Shown one piece after another: positions 10,847 through 23,900 of a stretch of DNA of 64,000 nucleotides. The DNA lies in assembly GCA_973851085.1 (NCBI GenBank), contig OZ316775.1, forward strand, positions 6,386,001 through 6,450,000. Direction: 5' to 3'. Made by a program: the position numbers and the translations under genes. The notes beneath the pieces are model-generated. The model saw nothing but the letters and a program-made list of their open reading frames with translations. It had not been told where the DNA came from and searched no databases. Each line of letters begins with the position of its first letter. Position 1 is the first letter of the stretch. This stretch comes from Ptychomitrium polyphyllum (lineage: Eukaryota).

Positions 10847-13715
10847 ATGATTCGACTTGAGGCAGACACAAACCATTGGTTTGTGTGGTTGGTATGGCTG
10901 TTGAAGGTGCTCATTATGGGCGCCGGAGAGGCCCTCGCGGCCTTGTACAAGCAGCTTAAGCTTCTGGCGCTCACGCTCACGCCTGGCCATGAGTACGAAC
11001 TGGAGAGCGACCGCGCTGGACGAGCCGCCGAGATGCGTGTTGCTGCTTTGTAGGTTTCCGTTCCGCTTCTCTGACCCTTCTAACTCAGAACTTATGAACT
11101 ATCTATCAAAGTTGTCTCTACGGTTCGATCTTTTGAATTTGGGTTTGTGTGTGTGTTAGTGTAAGAGAATTCAAGAAAACCTCGTATCTTTCTAAGCATT
11201 TATGCTTTCGCCAGTTTAGTGTCGTCGCGTTTTTGAAAATCTTTGAATGCTGTGTGAGTGTGATTCGAAAGATGTGGGTTTAGCGGTCAAAAGCAGAGAT
11301 TGTGAAGAGCGCATTGGTCACACCAGTTCAGGCGTTACAAGTTTCTATGTTGGCAGGTGAGAGGTTTTCAACATCTTGGTGGATTCTATGAATAGATCTT
11401 AAAGGTGCTCAATGTTGTGATGTTTCAGGTTTGAAGTGATACCAGGTGTTGAGGTCTACACGTCGTTGCGAATCCCCGATACTAGTCTGGGCCGTGGACG
11501 GCGGGAGATAGATCTGGTTCTTGTAACGAAGAGGTATACAAAAGTTCAACGCATGAATTTTCTTTTAATGCGTTTTATGCACGTTGCGTCTCATGTCTAT
11601 TTCAGGACTGGAGGATGGTATTGGTGATAATTTGCGTCTTTTATTGAGTGCAGTGTTAAGTAGTGTATGTTAAGGAAACACTTGTTCTATATTTCTTGCA
11701 GAAAGTTATTTGTAGTGGAGGTGAAGAATTGGTCGGGTACAGTTAACTTGCAACCTGATGGGAGCTGGCTGCAGGTCCGTCGAAATAACACAGTTCAAAA
11801 GCATTCCAATGTTGTAAGTTTCCATCAGTAAGCATCAAGTGTATTCTGTAATTTTCTGGTGTTGACCGACTCTGCCAAAGTGTTCACATTGAGTGGTTGA
11901 ACAATTCACCACTCAACGTGAAACACTAGACTTAGCTGGTTTTTTGTTATTGTTAAACCTCAGTGAGTTGCTTAGAGGAACCATATATCTAACTGTTTTT
12001 TTTCTTCATTGTGAGTTTTGTTTTTTGTGGTTCATTTGTCAGAATCAGTCACCCTCAGTTCTGCGGCGTTTCAAGCAAAGCTAGTGATCGTGGTGTCTCT
12101 TGATTCTTGACAGGTGGATGGTACAAAGCACCGTGCTCAGTTGTTGAAGTCTTATATTGAAAGACGAGGGGTGAATGTCCCTTCTGACTTTATACAGCCC
12201 AAAGTATTTCTTGTCAATCCTGACTGCAAGTAAGCCGATCTCTTCCCTGCACCCGAACCTCTGTCTTGGTTCACCTCAATCAGCATATGTATTGGACGAA
12301 TTATTTAGTCAAGAATGACAGAGTGGAGGGCCTATTTAAGACAACTAGTGCGAAACATATGTTAAAAGAGCTCCTATCGTTGAAGGTCTGGATGTAGGAG
12401 CTAGTGCTGTAGAGGTTTCTATTTGTGGTCATTATTGTACATATTGTGTCTGGGTGTGCAATGCGTGATATACATGACAAGTTAGCCAATTGCTTTAGGC
12501 CACGCGTTGCAAATAGCCGATAAGTTACAGCTCATATCCCGAAGTGAGAAGATGTGAGGAATTTTGAACATTTTGTCAAAATGTGACAATTCTTTGTGAT
12601 GGTCTTCTTGAATATTTATTACTGAACTTTGTCGGTTGTCCTCTTTGTGTACATAGGCCAGAACAGGCCATCGTGATGCAGCCGGAAGTGTTATCAGCTG
12701 ATCAGTGGGAGAATTTCATGGAGAACAATTTGGGAAGTACTGGATCTGGATGGATGAGCAGTCTTTTAAGCAACAGTCAGCAGTCAGTTCCTGTCCTCGC
12801 AGAGGCCTCTCAGAAACAGCTGCTCTACATTCTAAGCACAACTCCTACTTGGGACAGGTGATCTTTCGTCACATTTCTTTCCGCAGATTTGTCTATCACT
12901 GCTTGTTGAACACAATGAAGTTGAAATGGGCAGGCATTCTTGACAAAAAAGTGAGTTTTACGACCCTCATTGCCTGATTCGGCAGTTCTAACAATCTTTT
13001 GGACTAACTTCTTAGAACTATATGTACTAATCTTCCTTGCAGTCTATGTAATTGGCTCAGGGGCAAGTTCTTTCCGTGAGTCTAACCTATATGTTCACTC
13101 TCTGTCGGCAGGTTGGAGCTTTACGGAGGCAAAATTGTGGTTGGAGACTTTCACTCCTTTCAGGGTCAACCAGAGGAGGTGAAGTCTTTGAAGTTTGCAA
13201 AGCGTGCTGTTGTAAAGCAGCTGAAAATGACGCACCGAAGAGGTTGGGTGGGTCACACTCTTGGTAAGTTTCTTTCGTTTTCTTTGAGACAGCGAAGGAC
13301 AATATTTAAGCTTTTCTATTTTCTCAAACAATCTATTGAGAATGTAAAGGGGTCCAATGGCTTTTTGCTCATTTGAAAAATTACTTGCAAAAACCATTAG
13401 ATCGCCTTTGTTTCTTCTCAGTCCATAGATCATTGTTTTCCCTTAATTTCTAGAGATGCCATTTATTAATGGATATTGTGGTGTCATATGACAGGGTTTT
13501 TGGTGGGTCGAACTCCCAAAGTGAAGGTGGTTGTGACTGTTCAGGATCACCGAGACGCCAACATCACTAAGCTCAGCAGAAAGCAATCTGACCCAGGTTT
13601 CCCACTCAGTCTGGAAGTGAGACCGGATATGGAGATCGCCTTTCAGCCAGTAGCCAACCCTAAACCTGTGCATTACAACTTGAACGACGTCCTCTCCTTG
13701 ACCCTCAGTGCTTAG
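10847..13715 (+). CDS. NERD-domain (PD-(D/E)xK nuclease fold) protein with hydrophobic N-terminus, At1g65020-like family. Exons 10847(or 10916)-11049, 11429-11533, 11702-11813, 12114-12229, 12657-12857, 13112-13263, 13495-13715
   Basis: All six introns are GT-AG and in phase. Motifs GRAAEMRV..VYTSLRIPD..RREIDLVLVTKRKLFVVEVKNWSG are typical of NERD. The C-terminal TPTWDRLELYGGKIVVGDF..FQP..LSLTLSA resembles the recalled plant family. Confidence 0.85.
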
Positions 13716-16171
13716 TGTCGAGTCTTCAACGGGTATGTAATGTCTTTTCTGAATTGTTTACTGCACAGTATTCTCAGGGAACTTGTTGGCATTCGGTGCG
13801 ATGTTTTGTAGGTTGTTCTGACGAAAGGCTGCTTGAAACAGCTCTTTGTTTGATCTGCCCAGTTGCTAGCGTAGGTGAAATTTTGTGGGTTCTGCTACTC
13901 TTAGTGGTCGTTAAACAATCTAAGTGAGCATTGAGTATGGGTGATTGTTTCCTGCACAATGCTTAGTTCTAAGTTATTACACCGATGGTATGATTAATGT
14001 ATAGTATTCGCTGTAAGAGTTGTAACCGGCGTTTGAGACTTATACTCATTTCAGTTTGTAGAGTGGGTGACAACTCATGAAGTTCACTTAACCTAATCTG
14101 CGCTTAGTACTCATCTTAAACTCGCCTCACCTGGAAGGCGGCTTTGACTGGTTTGGACCAGAGATTGATGTAATATGCGTAAATTTAACAGAAAAGATAT
14201 AATAGTAAAACATCCAAAAGACAACATCTCAGTGTGATAAATCGAATGATGAGGAAGGCTCTTTACTTGCCAACTTGCGGCGGATTTGGCAAAGCAACAG
14301 GCTCCGTCATGATTGACGATACTTACGAAAGCAGGTTCGGTACTATATTCGGAACCTCCAAGTTAAAACGATTCAAAGCATCAGGACAAGCGTTTGCTGT
14401 TTTTGTTGTCTCAGTTTAATATCGAGAGCAAGCAACCAAGAGAAGCCTTGGAAAATCACAGAAGCTATATCTAGATACTAAACTTCCCTGGCACCACCTG
14501 GTGTCAAAATTCTGTGAGAGCCAGGGCTAGCAGGACTTCCATCAAAAATACCGCCAACTTAGCTACATGCATAGAAGTGATATTCTTCAAAGCCGACAGA
14601 AACAGATGCTAAACCTCAACTTAGATACAACGACGCCATTGTCCTCTTTGTATCTTCTTGTTGCACTTCTTTTATAATTCCTTGAAACAACGACTCAGAA
14701 AGAGCACCAAACTCACGCAAGGTTGAAAAATACGTCAAACTACACATCACATGGCAGAGACATACCTTCAAGTGGAAGCTTCGCAACTGCGTAAATCATG
14801 AACGTCACAAGCATCAGTATTTCAAGATCTTCGCTCGGTTCCAAAGATACGCCTTCCCCGCCTGATGCAACTAAGGTGTGTCTGAAGAACGATAACCACC
14901 CCAGAGCAAAAACTACAAGGAAATAGGCAGCAGCCTCTACCACCACACAAAGAACATTAGAACAGAAGTTTGATTTTCTTGTGCTCGGTGCAACGTCACA
15001 ATTAGAATCGCAATTACTTTAGCCACTTGTTTCGTTTCCCAGTGAATACAATCCTCAAAACTACAACGAAACAAGGGACAACCTCCACTCCCACACCAAG
15101 GATAGCTATCTCTTTCGGTCCACTTGGAGATGCACTTCAGCACTGCTCTATCACGATGACCTAGAACAGAGTAGCTCGAAATGTCTAAACTTGTGTACTG
15201 GTTTGCAGAGGCGCTTACGGAAGACTTTGAGAACCAGCTGAAAGAGGGAAGGACACTGTAAACCGATAGAATTCGGAAGAGCAAACGCAATAGGCTGAAA
15301 CGATCAGGAACTTAAGCCGGCAGGAAATGTAGTTTGCAACGACAGAAAGGATTGAGATTGTTGGAACCAACAGACGCTTAAGTTAACCAACTGAAACCGG
15401 CTCCCAGACACAGCGATGCCAGAGTATGGAAGCTAATCGGATCGCAAGCTCAGATTACAGCCCTCAAGGCTCACGAGGTGGTGCAGCCCGGTGCACCTAC
15501 AACCGTCGCCTAGTAACAGGTGATCATTGGACGCTTCCGAAAGCCTTGCACTTCGAATGCAGCAATTCATTGAATAGTTCCTTCTGCAACAGAATTTAGA
15601 ATAGTTCGAGGTTATCGAAGGACGTTCATTCCGTAATTTCGTACCGGTCCGTCTACACGGCCTATGTTTCCTTCTCGTTCAAGCTTTCCTTTTGGCACGG
15701 ATGGAACTTGTTAAATAGCAAGAATATTCTGTTACACATGATAAGTTTATTTAATCCTCTTTGTTCATGCAATGTCCGCGATTTCGGAATGATACAATTC
15801 CAAGTGTCAGGTGCCACGGGCCAGCTGTGATAGTGCAGAAGCGGCCCTATCATAGTGGTCCCAAGAAGCATGTTCAGAAACTTCAAGATTGGATCTGTAC
15901 TCCACTCCACCACTGCTCTGTGGACTATGTGCTAGATCAGAACAATAGTATTTTCTAATATAATGCTACACGCTGAATTAACTTTGACCTATGCAAAATG
16001 TTACGCAGCTTAACTGTCCTGCAGTTTGAACCTTTTCAACCTGTAAATGTTGAGTCTGCTGGTCAATATTTTTCATATTCTTTGGTTTCGGGCAATCTGA
16101 TTGGAAGCACTTGCATGTAATTGGCCAGAACAACGAAGGCTTTGCTTGGTACCTACGCCATGGCCCATTTT

Positions 16172-16570
16172 CTGTGTCAAATTGTAAAGAACATAGAAGG
16201 TCATTCCGTGAAGATGCGTTTGTTTGGAATATTTGTGCATGGTTGGAGCTTATGTTGTGATTTATGGATTGATGCCCATCACAAATAGAATAGTAGTTAA
16301 GTTGTGTCATTAATTATGAAGGTTTTGAAAAATGTGCAAAAATCCAAGGACGTATTACTTCTGAATCTCTGTATTGAAGAAGATAATTGCACATATAAAA
16401 AAAACAACAAATATTTCCTAAATTTATATTCAACTTTGGTGGACTTTGGCTATGTCAAAGAAGTGAAGGTCAACTTCTTCATGGTTGAGCATTGACTTAC
16501 GTTTAGATGAATTTCACATGATTTAAAAGGAGATGACATTAATATATTGTTGGAAATACTATAGCTATTA
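16172..16570 (+). mobile_element. Decayed DNA-transposase fragment (DUF7869 / Sola-like DDE core)
   Basis: One frame reads CQIVKNIEGHSVKMRLFGIFVHGWSLCCDLWIDAHHK*NSS*VVSLIMKVL..LNLCIEEDNCTYKKNNKYFLNLYSTLVDFGYVKEVKVNFFMVEH*, followed by ISHDLKGDDI. This matches the recalled pattern G.LVHG..W.D....DSN....L.LQ.DNC..ENKN....LV..G.F.E....FL.VGHTHEDID. No TIRs were identified. Confidence 0.7.
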
Positions 16571-19500
16571 CATAATCACATTGCAAGCAATGTGCATGAA
16601 TCTATTCAATACGCATAATTCTTCATAAACATGTGAAGTTGAGAAAAAATTCATTATGTTGCATTTCTATTCACGTAAAATTACAGATTACATAAGAGTG
16701 AGGAAACTCCACCATTTTTGTTTCCTTCAACAATGGAATTGATTACACATACATATAAAATCTATGCAAATGATGCATAGAAATTAATTAATGAGGAGCC
16801 GTTTTCAGCAAGTATTTTAAATATAGAAGCAAGGCAAGATTTGCTAAGGTCTTCCAAAAGAGTAATAAAGAAATTGCAACATTATAATCTTTCATCACGT
16901 TGAAATAACGTCAATTAGAAACACACATACATCTATTTATTTGGATGAGAGCACTAAAAAAAAGAGAAAATATGAAACAACTAGAAAAAGACTTTATTAG
17001 AATCTATCTTATTTTTTGCAATAGAATATTATGGATATTTAAACTATATGGAAGAGCTTCATAGCTTTAAGCATCCAACAATCATTAAAGAATGACCAAA
17101 TTAGGAACCCATATATCACAGCAAGTATAGCTTTTAAATATGTATCTTCATAGAAAAATTTGGTTTCAGATGTAGTACCAATATATTGGCACAAATGGGC
17201 TAATTTTAATTTTTATATGAATATGCATGTCAAAGACTTTGTAAGGATACAGGCCCCACAAACATTGTATGTAATAGGTAAAGTGTTTTAGATGGAAAAT
17301 GTGCAAGAAATTCAAATTGTGGCAAAAATAGAGGGAGATTCTCTAAATTTGTGGTGTTGGCCAATGGCACCAAAATAAAATGGAAAATTCCAATTTCTCA
17401 AATTTTACTATCTTCAAACATATATTTATTGTAATTTTTCTTTTATAATAAAATTTATACATATCAAGTAGAAGGTTTTATATAGCTTGTATTCTAAATT
17501 TATTGAAAAACCTTCATTTAAGTCAATGAAACTTACCATACCACTTACTTTTAATGAATGGATCCAAAATGTAGTCTTAGGTCTTTTTTCAAAAGTTGTG
17601 TGGGTTGAAGAACATCCAAATTAAGTGTTTTACAAGTGAAGTGGAAATTTACAAGCTTTCATCAGTGAAATTTTTCCGCAATGGCAGGATGAGAAGCTGG
17701 AATTGGGTCTACAAACCACAGTTGCATGTAATGCTACTTTTCGTACAAGAAAAAGATTAGGTTTTTTCGCAATATGAAGCATTGTATTGTATTTGGGCTT
17801 AATAAGTGGACCTGGAAAAGAAAATATGACACAAGGTTTGTATAGTAAAAGGAATATATACATATAATTTGTCTTCTAATTAACAAAGTTGGGATGTACA
17901 TGACCAACTGTTCACACCGCTGCTTTTTGAAACTGTCGAAATGGGATACCTGTAGCTTGGAGCATCGTTGATATTGCAGAAGGGAACAATATGGGCTTAT
18001 GGTTGATAGCTTCTAAAGAAAAATTGTTCTGAAGTGGTTCACTCAAGTGGGTTCAGCACGCACCACAGCGTGAACAGTCGCGAGAGGCACAGCTGGCCAT
18101 CGAGAATCAGGAGATTGATGCCTTGCTGACACGTGGCGACCCTGCAACGCATCTGAAACTTCGTATTCCGAGCGTTGACTGACAGAGAGTGCTGGTGTGG
18201 TGTGAAGGGATTTCAAGTGCATGAACGTTGTGGGCTTCTGTGCAGCAGTACAACCTGTTTTCATGAATCATCGCAGTGGCTCTGACACTGATTTCAATGA
18301 CCTCTTTGAACCTTGTTCCGTTTTCAAACAACCTTGCTCAAGCGAATAGTTTTGTCATCCAAATGATTCGTTTCATTGCCAAACCTTGAAGGAGTTTGTA
18401 ATCCAAGTCACTAAGCTAGACTTACGTCTGCATGCAAAATCATTACCTTGATTGTTACCATTATTACGAGTTCCAAATATAATGGGCACTCAAAAAAACC
18501 CCAAAAAGCTAGAATCGCTATTAGTAAGAATTTTCATAATAGTTGCAATAGTGCAAATATAATTTTGTCAACACCTGTGTCTTGTTCTCAAAATTAATGT
18601 TAATGGAAACAAAAGAAAATAAGTATTGTTATCATTATTATAATAAAACTATATATTATAAAATAATATTTTAGTATTTCATCTTCAAAATGATTTGATC
18701 AGTATCTACTATGATTAATGTGAAAATTAGATTAAAGATTACACTAAGATTGGAGCATATGATAGCAATAGTTTCATTTCTTCAAGTAAACACAAATTAT
18801 TTCAATTATTAAAGAATGTTGTAATATTATTATTTACTTAGTATAACATGGCTATCATGATTTGAGGTATAACTTAGGGCTTAAGAGCAATGTCAATTTA
18901 ATTTCATAGACCCAATTATGCACCTTAGCATTGTATAATTTTTAAAAGATTGTATCTTTTTTTTCCTTTAGATAGTTTCATCCATTTTCTTAAGATTGAT
19001 AATCATAGAAGATGTTGCAAAGAAAGTTGTAACTTGTAGCTTTGTTATTTAACTTTAATAATCTAAAATTAAAGTAGAACATATCAAAAGCGTCATTCAC
19101 CTATCAAATGCAAAAACAAAGATTTAAAGTGTATTGTAGGAGAATTCATATGTTTATATAATATATACACTATTTATTGGTCCTCAAAAAAAACACATGT
19201 ATTATATATGTCCATGCATGCCCTCGCACTGAATATTGGAGTTGGAGCATTTAATAAGTCTTTGATGCTTTTGCAATGCTCTATTTTATACAATCAAATT
19301 TGGCCAAAAGTTGAAAAGAGGTGTTTGATCAAATTAAAATTCAAAAGCATTGGAAATAAAGGTATTATAATAATAAATACTCTATATAATTTGGTTTTGG
19401 TTTTTTTTTTTATGCTTGAATTTGTTTTTTATTATTTTCATGAATATTAACATTCTTTTAAAGTATTTGCCACAATTGGATAAATTAAAAATAACATAAT

Positions 19501-20999
19501 ATTAAATTGAGTAATTTTTTTGAAATCTATAATACAACTCTTTGAAAATTCATGATTTGTTCATGCAATAGTTAAATAATGCATATCAATACTTGTTGGA
19601 ATTCTTATTCAATGGTTCATCACAATATATTAATTTTGGATCTATTTAATACTATAAAAAAATGCATAAATTGGATTGTCTACTTTGATCATTTCATAAA
19701 ATATCATTAAACTTCCAAATATCATCAAATAGTTAATCTTTGCAACATTTTTTAGTAAATGGGGTTGGTCACTCTTAAGGCAACAACACCTACAACCACA
19801 AAAAATTAACAAGACACAACCTTGTTTTTTTTTTTCACTCGATCATGTTTATAAGATCAAAAAATTTCCAATATACTATAAAACATGAAAAACTTACAGA
19901 TACTTAAAATCAAGAATCTTGGACAACCTCCTGTATTCCAGGTGACTAATTGGCTTGCTAAAAAAACGTTATGTTGGAAGCATATTGTTTGCTGCATAAT
20001 CCTGTGCAGATGTTCATGGCCACCCTAGAGTAAAAAGACAGAGCAGTTCAAAGAACACTGTGCCCTGACGGCATGTCTTTAACTACTACAATGTCATGGA
20101 CATGCAGGTCATTAGGTCACATGTTCTGCATCCTGATCCTCTCAAGTCCCAATCATTTCTTACACAAACAAATAGCGCTTCCTGGCTACTTCAGAATCCT
20201 CAATAACAGCCTTCACAAGTACAAGTAGTCAGTGTCTCAAGTCTCTCACATTAGGAGTTAGCTCACTATGCAATAAAAATCTACACTTCATTAATTAATA
20301 TGAAAGGAAAAGGAGGAGCACATGGTAGCATGCTATGATGCAAACACAAACCCATAGTTACACTCTAAATCCAACATCGTCTATTAAATATATTTCACTC
20401 CATTAAATTTATATAACACATTGAAAATATTGGTTTTAGATATAGCAATAAGCTCAAGGAGGCATGGGCTGAGTGTGGCAGAAGTGGAGTTGCCACTGCA
20501 ACACATTGCCTTCCTCCACCATACCATTCCACTGTCACAACCATCATAGACCCAAAATGGTTGTGTTGCTTTTAGGATTTTGGAGGCAGGGAAGGCATGA
20601 GTGATGCGGTGGGATGGTTGTGGATGTTATGTACTGCTCTTAGGATTTTGAAATGTTGGAGGGAGGGTATGAACAAATCAAAACATAAAGTTGTACCTGC
20701 ATGAACATATGAAATTGAACACATCAAAACATAAACTGCAACAGCCAGAAGAACATTTAGCTTGTTTTTGCAATGTGCCAGCAGTGTCTAGGTGGGGTGA
20801 GCAACATGAGTGGAAGGAGGCCAAGAGGACAATGACAATGCAACCAAAATTAACGCTCACTAATAGCAACTTCAACTTACTTTCATTGTAGAGTGGCTTG
20901 AGTGGCAAGGAGAATTGCATAATGAAGTGGAGGTGCCTTTTAGTATGTGCATGGTCTAGGTTCATGTTCCGATCCTTGTTGGAAGACTCCAACATTGTA

Positions 21000-23900
21000 A
21001 GACAACCTCTGGAATAAGTACAGACAGAAATAAGCAGTCAGAGTGATGTTGCTTCTGCTCCTGATCCAAGTAAACTAGTAATGATTGCTTGGAATCAAGT
21101 ACTGTGAGGCTCACAAAACTTGACAGACTTGGGACTTGCATAACATTAGGAGATTCATTTTTTGGTCATATTTCAGTTAGTGGGAATATTCCCTAGGGGG
21201 GGTTTTCAAAAGTTCATATGAATAGAACGCGGCTACTTAAAGAAAAAGGAAAAGCCAACGAGATCTTATGATCCCATAATTTCAGCGAGAAAGATTGTGA
21301 AAAGAACGTCAGAAATAAAAATGCAACCCAGATTTTATCTATTCAAATCTGGGAACTCACAGCTTGAGTATCAGATGGTTCCAACTAACATCAAGCATAT
21401 CCAAAAGAGAAAAGTCACTTAAATTAAAGAACTAAAGAAGAGAGTCTGCAAGCGCTTGCTTCTACCGTCTGCAAACTAAGCTTCTCTTAGCCCCAATTTC
21501 ACAAGTTGGGTATTCCACCCCAACCATTTGCTTTCCAGTACTTGGAAGCTTGAAGTGGATAAGTTATATCAGGGGTTAGCCTTATGAGTTTTCAGTTTTC
21601 AGACCATATTGTTCTGTGCTTTGCATGAGACTACGTATCATGTAATTTCCTGTAATTCCATGATTTATCGTTGAAGATATACATGGACAATTCGAAAGGA
21701 TGTATTGTTCTACAATATGGAACTTACAGCGACATATTGCATTTGTCTACAGCAGCTTCTCTTGACAACTGCTGAGAGAATACCTGCTGGAGACTATCTG
21801 TGCAAACAATTTTGCACTAATAATGAGTTTTCTTCCGTATGGTATTTCTTACATAAAGAGATGTAAGAAATAATACCACATTCATTGCTAGCACAAGTAT
21901 TGAAATAGATGAGCTGGATGCACTAAACAATAAATCAATTGATTATAGGAGATGCTTATATGTATGGATTTTGGATATATGTAACACTTTGTTTTGCAAA
22001 CAAGAAAAAAATGGCCAATTCCCATTATCTTGACCGGTAACTTAATATTGTGAAAACAACAGGGATTGGCGAATTTAACAAATATGGCATTACACACTTT
22101 GATAGCATGCTGGAGTTGGCAGCTTCAATTACAAACATAAACCCATCCACGAGAGACTCTGGACAACGAGAGACCCTCACTCTGTTTCAAGAAATACGTC
22201 TGATATAAATGTTATGTTCATATTACTGATACTTAGTACAGTCTAACCCCTCCACCAAAATATGATTCTCCACGTAATATAACGAGCTCACTTGTGCAAC
22301 ATAGAGCAGATGAATTTGTAACTACGCAATCTACTCTGTAGAGAGAATTCGTGACATCCCTGTGGATGTTAGCTGCCATCACACAATATAAATGAATTTA
22401 TGACATCCTTGCACGCATGAAAAACCACATGATCAAACACAAGAAAAACATGAGGCAAAGAAATGTCGCATGTAAATTCTGCAGAAGAAAGCTGAACTGT
22501 CACTACGGTCAGCGTAAATCTACTGTAGAAGCTTAGTTACATGTATACTTCGGTCATTAATCGACTTGGCTCGAAAACGATAAACAGAAATAGTACTACG
22601 CGGGAACTCCTTCCATTGGAGATTCACAAATTTATGTGTTCAGAATCAGCACTCCTTTTCACATCAACTCTGCCGTATGGCAATATTTAGTTCGGATCCT
22701 GCAAGATACTATGGCTTTCGAAACCTTCGTATTTCGGTAATGCCTAGGTAACATGCACTAACAAATTCTCAACAATATAGGGGAACAGGAGCATTTAACA
22801 ACACATCATGAAAGATCTGGAACTTTACTTATCTTTAAACAAAACAAATCGCTTCGGTAGCTAGCTATTAACTTTAGCATCCTCCCGAGTACGATCTTGT
22901 AGTATTGACTCGCAGACTGGTGACTTTAAGTTACTATTGCACTGTTTATGTCGAGGTCTAAGAAGCAGCACGATCAAGTCACTGAATTTTCAGCCGAGCT
23001 CATACCAGAATAAAAAAGAGTAAAGCACAAGTCTCGCCACTTTGCCTGGCTTTGAAGAATCCCTGTACCTTCTGCTTCCTTCTAAGAAAGCTATGATCGA
23101 TCGTTGCTAAGATCTAATATGTGATGATATCATGATACTGACGTCTACATCTTAGACAATCGAGTTTCAGGCATTGACAGAGGTTTTACGAGTGAGCACG
23201 CGGCCCCAGAATGAATTCAGCATATGAATGAAATCCATTCCGGCCAGTAGATTGTTTCAACTAAAACTCAAATCGCTGATCGATTATCGCCATCAACGTC
23301 AGCTTGGCCAGCAGTCATCAGGGCCCTCCTGTACAATTGCACAGCCTGCACAGCCTGCACAGCCAACAATCTACACACGTCCCAGGAGACAATATTCAAT
23401 CAAACGCGGTGAGCACTGAGCATCATGTGCAAGTAAAGTTAACTTGAAAGACATAAAATTTCGCAAAGGCACTAGTAGTATAATCAATTTCAAATAACAA
23501 ACGCCATCAAAAATGTCATTTAAACAGTCATTGAAACTTTGTCGTTTCGATCATAATGTAAAGTAGGTCCTCCCAGTAGTGAGAATCGTAGCGTTGAAAT
23601 GCAGTAGTGAAGTGTAGTGAAGTTTGACTAAAGGAGATGCAATGAGCCTAGCACTAGCTATAGTAATCAACCCCGGAGTACCTCAACCCAAACAGCACCG
23701 GAAAAGAGCCACTTCCGAAGTGCAAGACATCATGAGCAAAAGCTGGTGCCTAGTTCGCTTCAGTAACATACGTCTACTGACAATCATGAACACACGAAAC
23801 AGAAGGATGGGCCACTCATTATCTGCACGTGTACGATGCTGGAGGTAGGTATATATCGATAAATAACTAATTAAATCCAATCACCATGAGATACTCCTCG

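Noticed and set aside
14740..15290. Two adjacent hydrophobic minus-strand ORFs
   Set aside because: Non-ATG starts, no recognisable domain and no convincing splice path.
18040..18340. Small GC-richer island with an ACACGTGGC (ABRE-like) motif and a protein-like frame
   Set aside because: No start, exon context or recognisable homology.
23096..23170. miRNA precursor hairpin
   Set aside because: The stem is too short and mismatched for a 21-nt miRNA/miRNA* duplex; kept only as a weak spacer structure.
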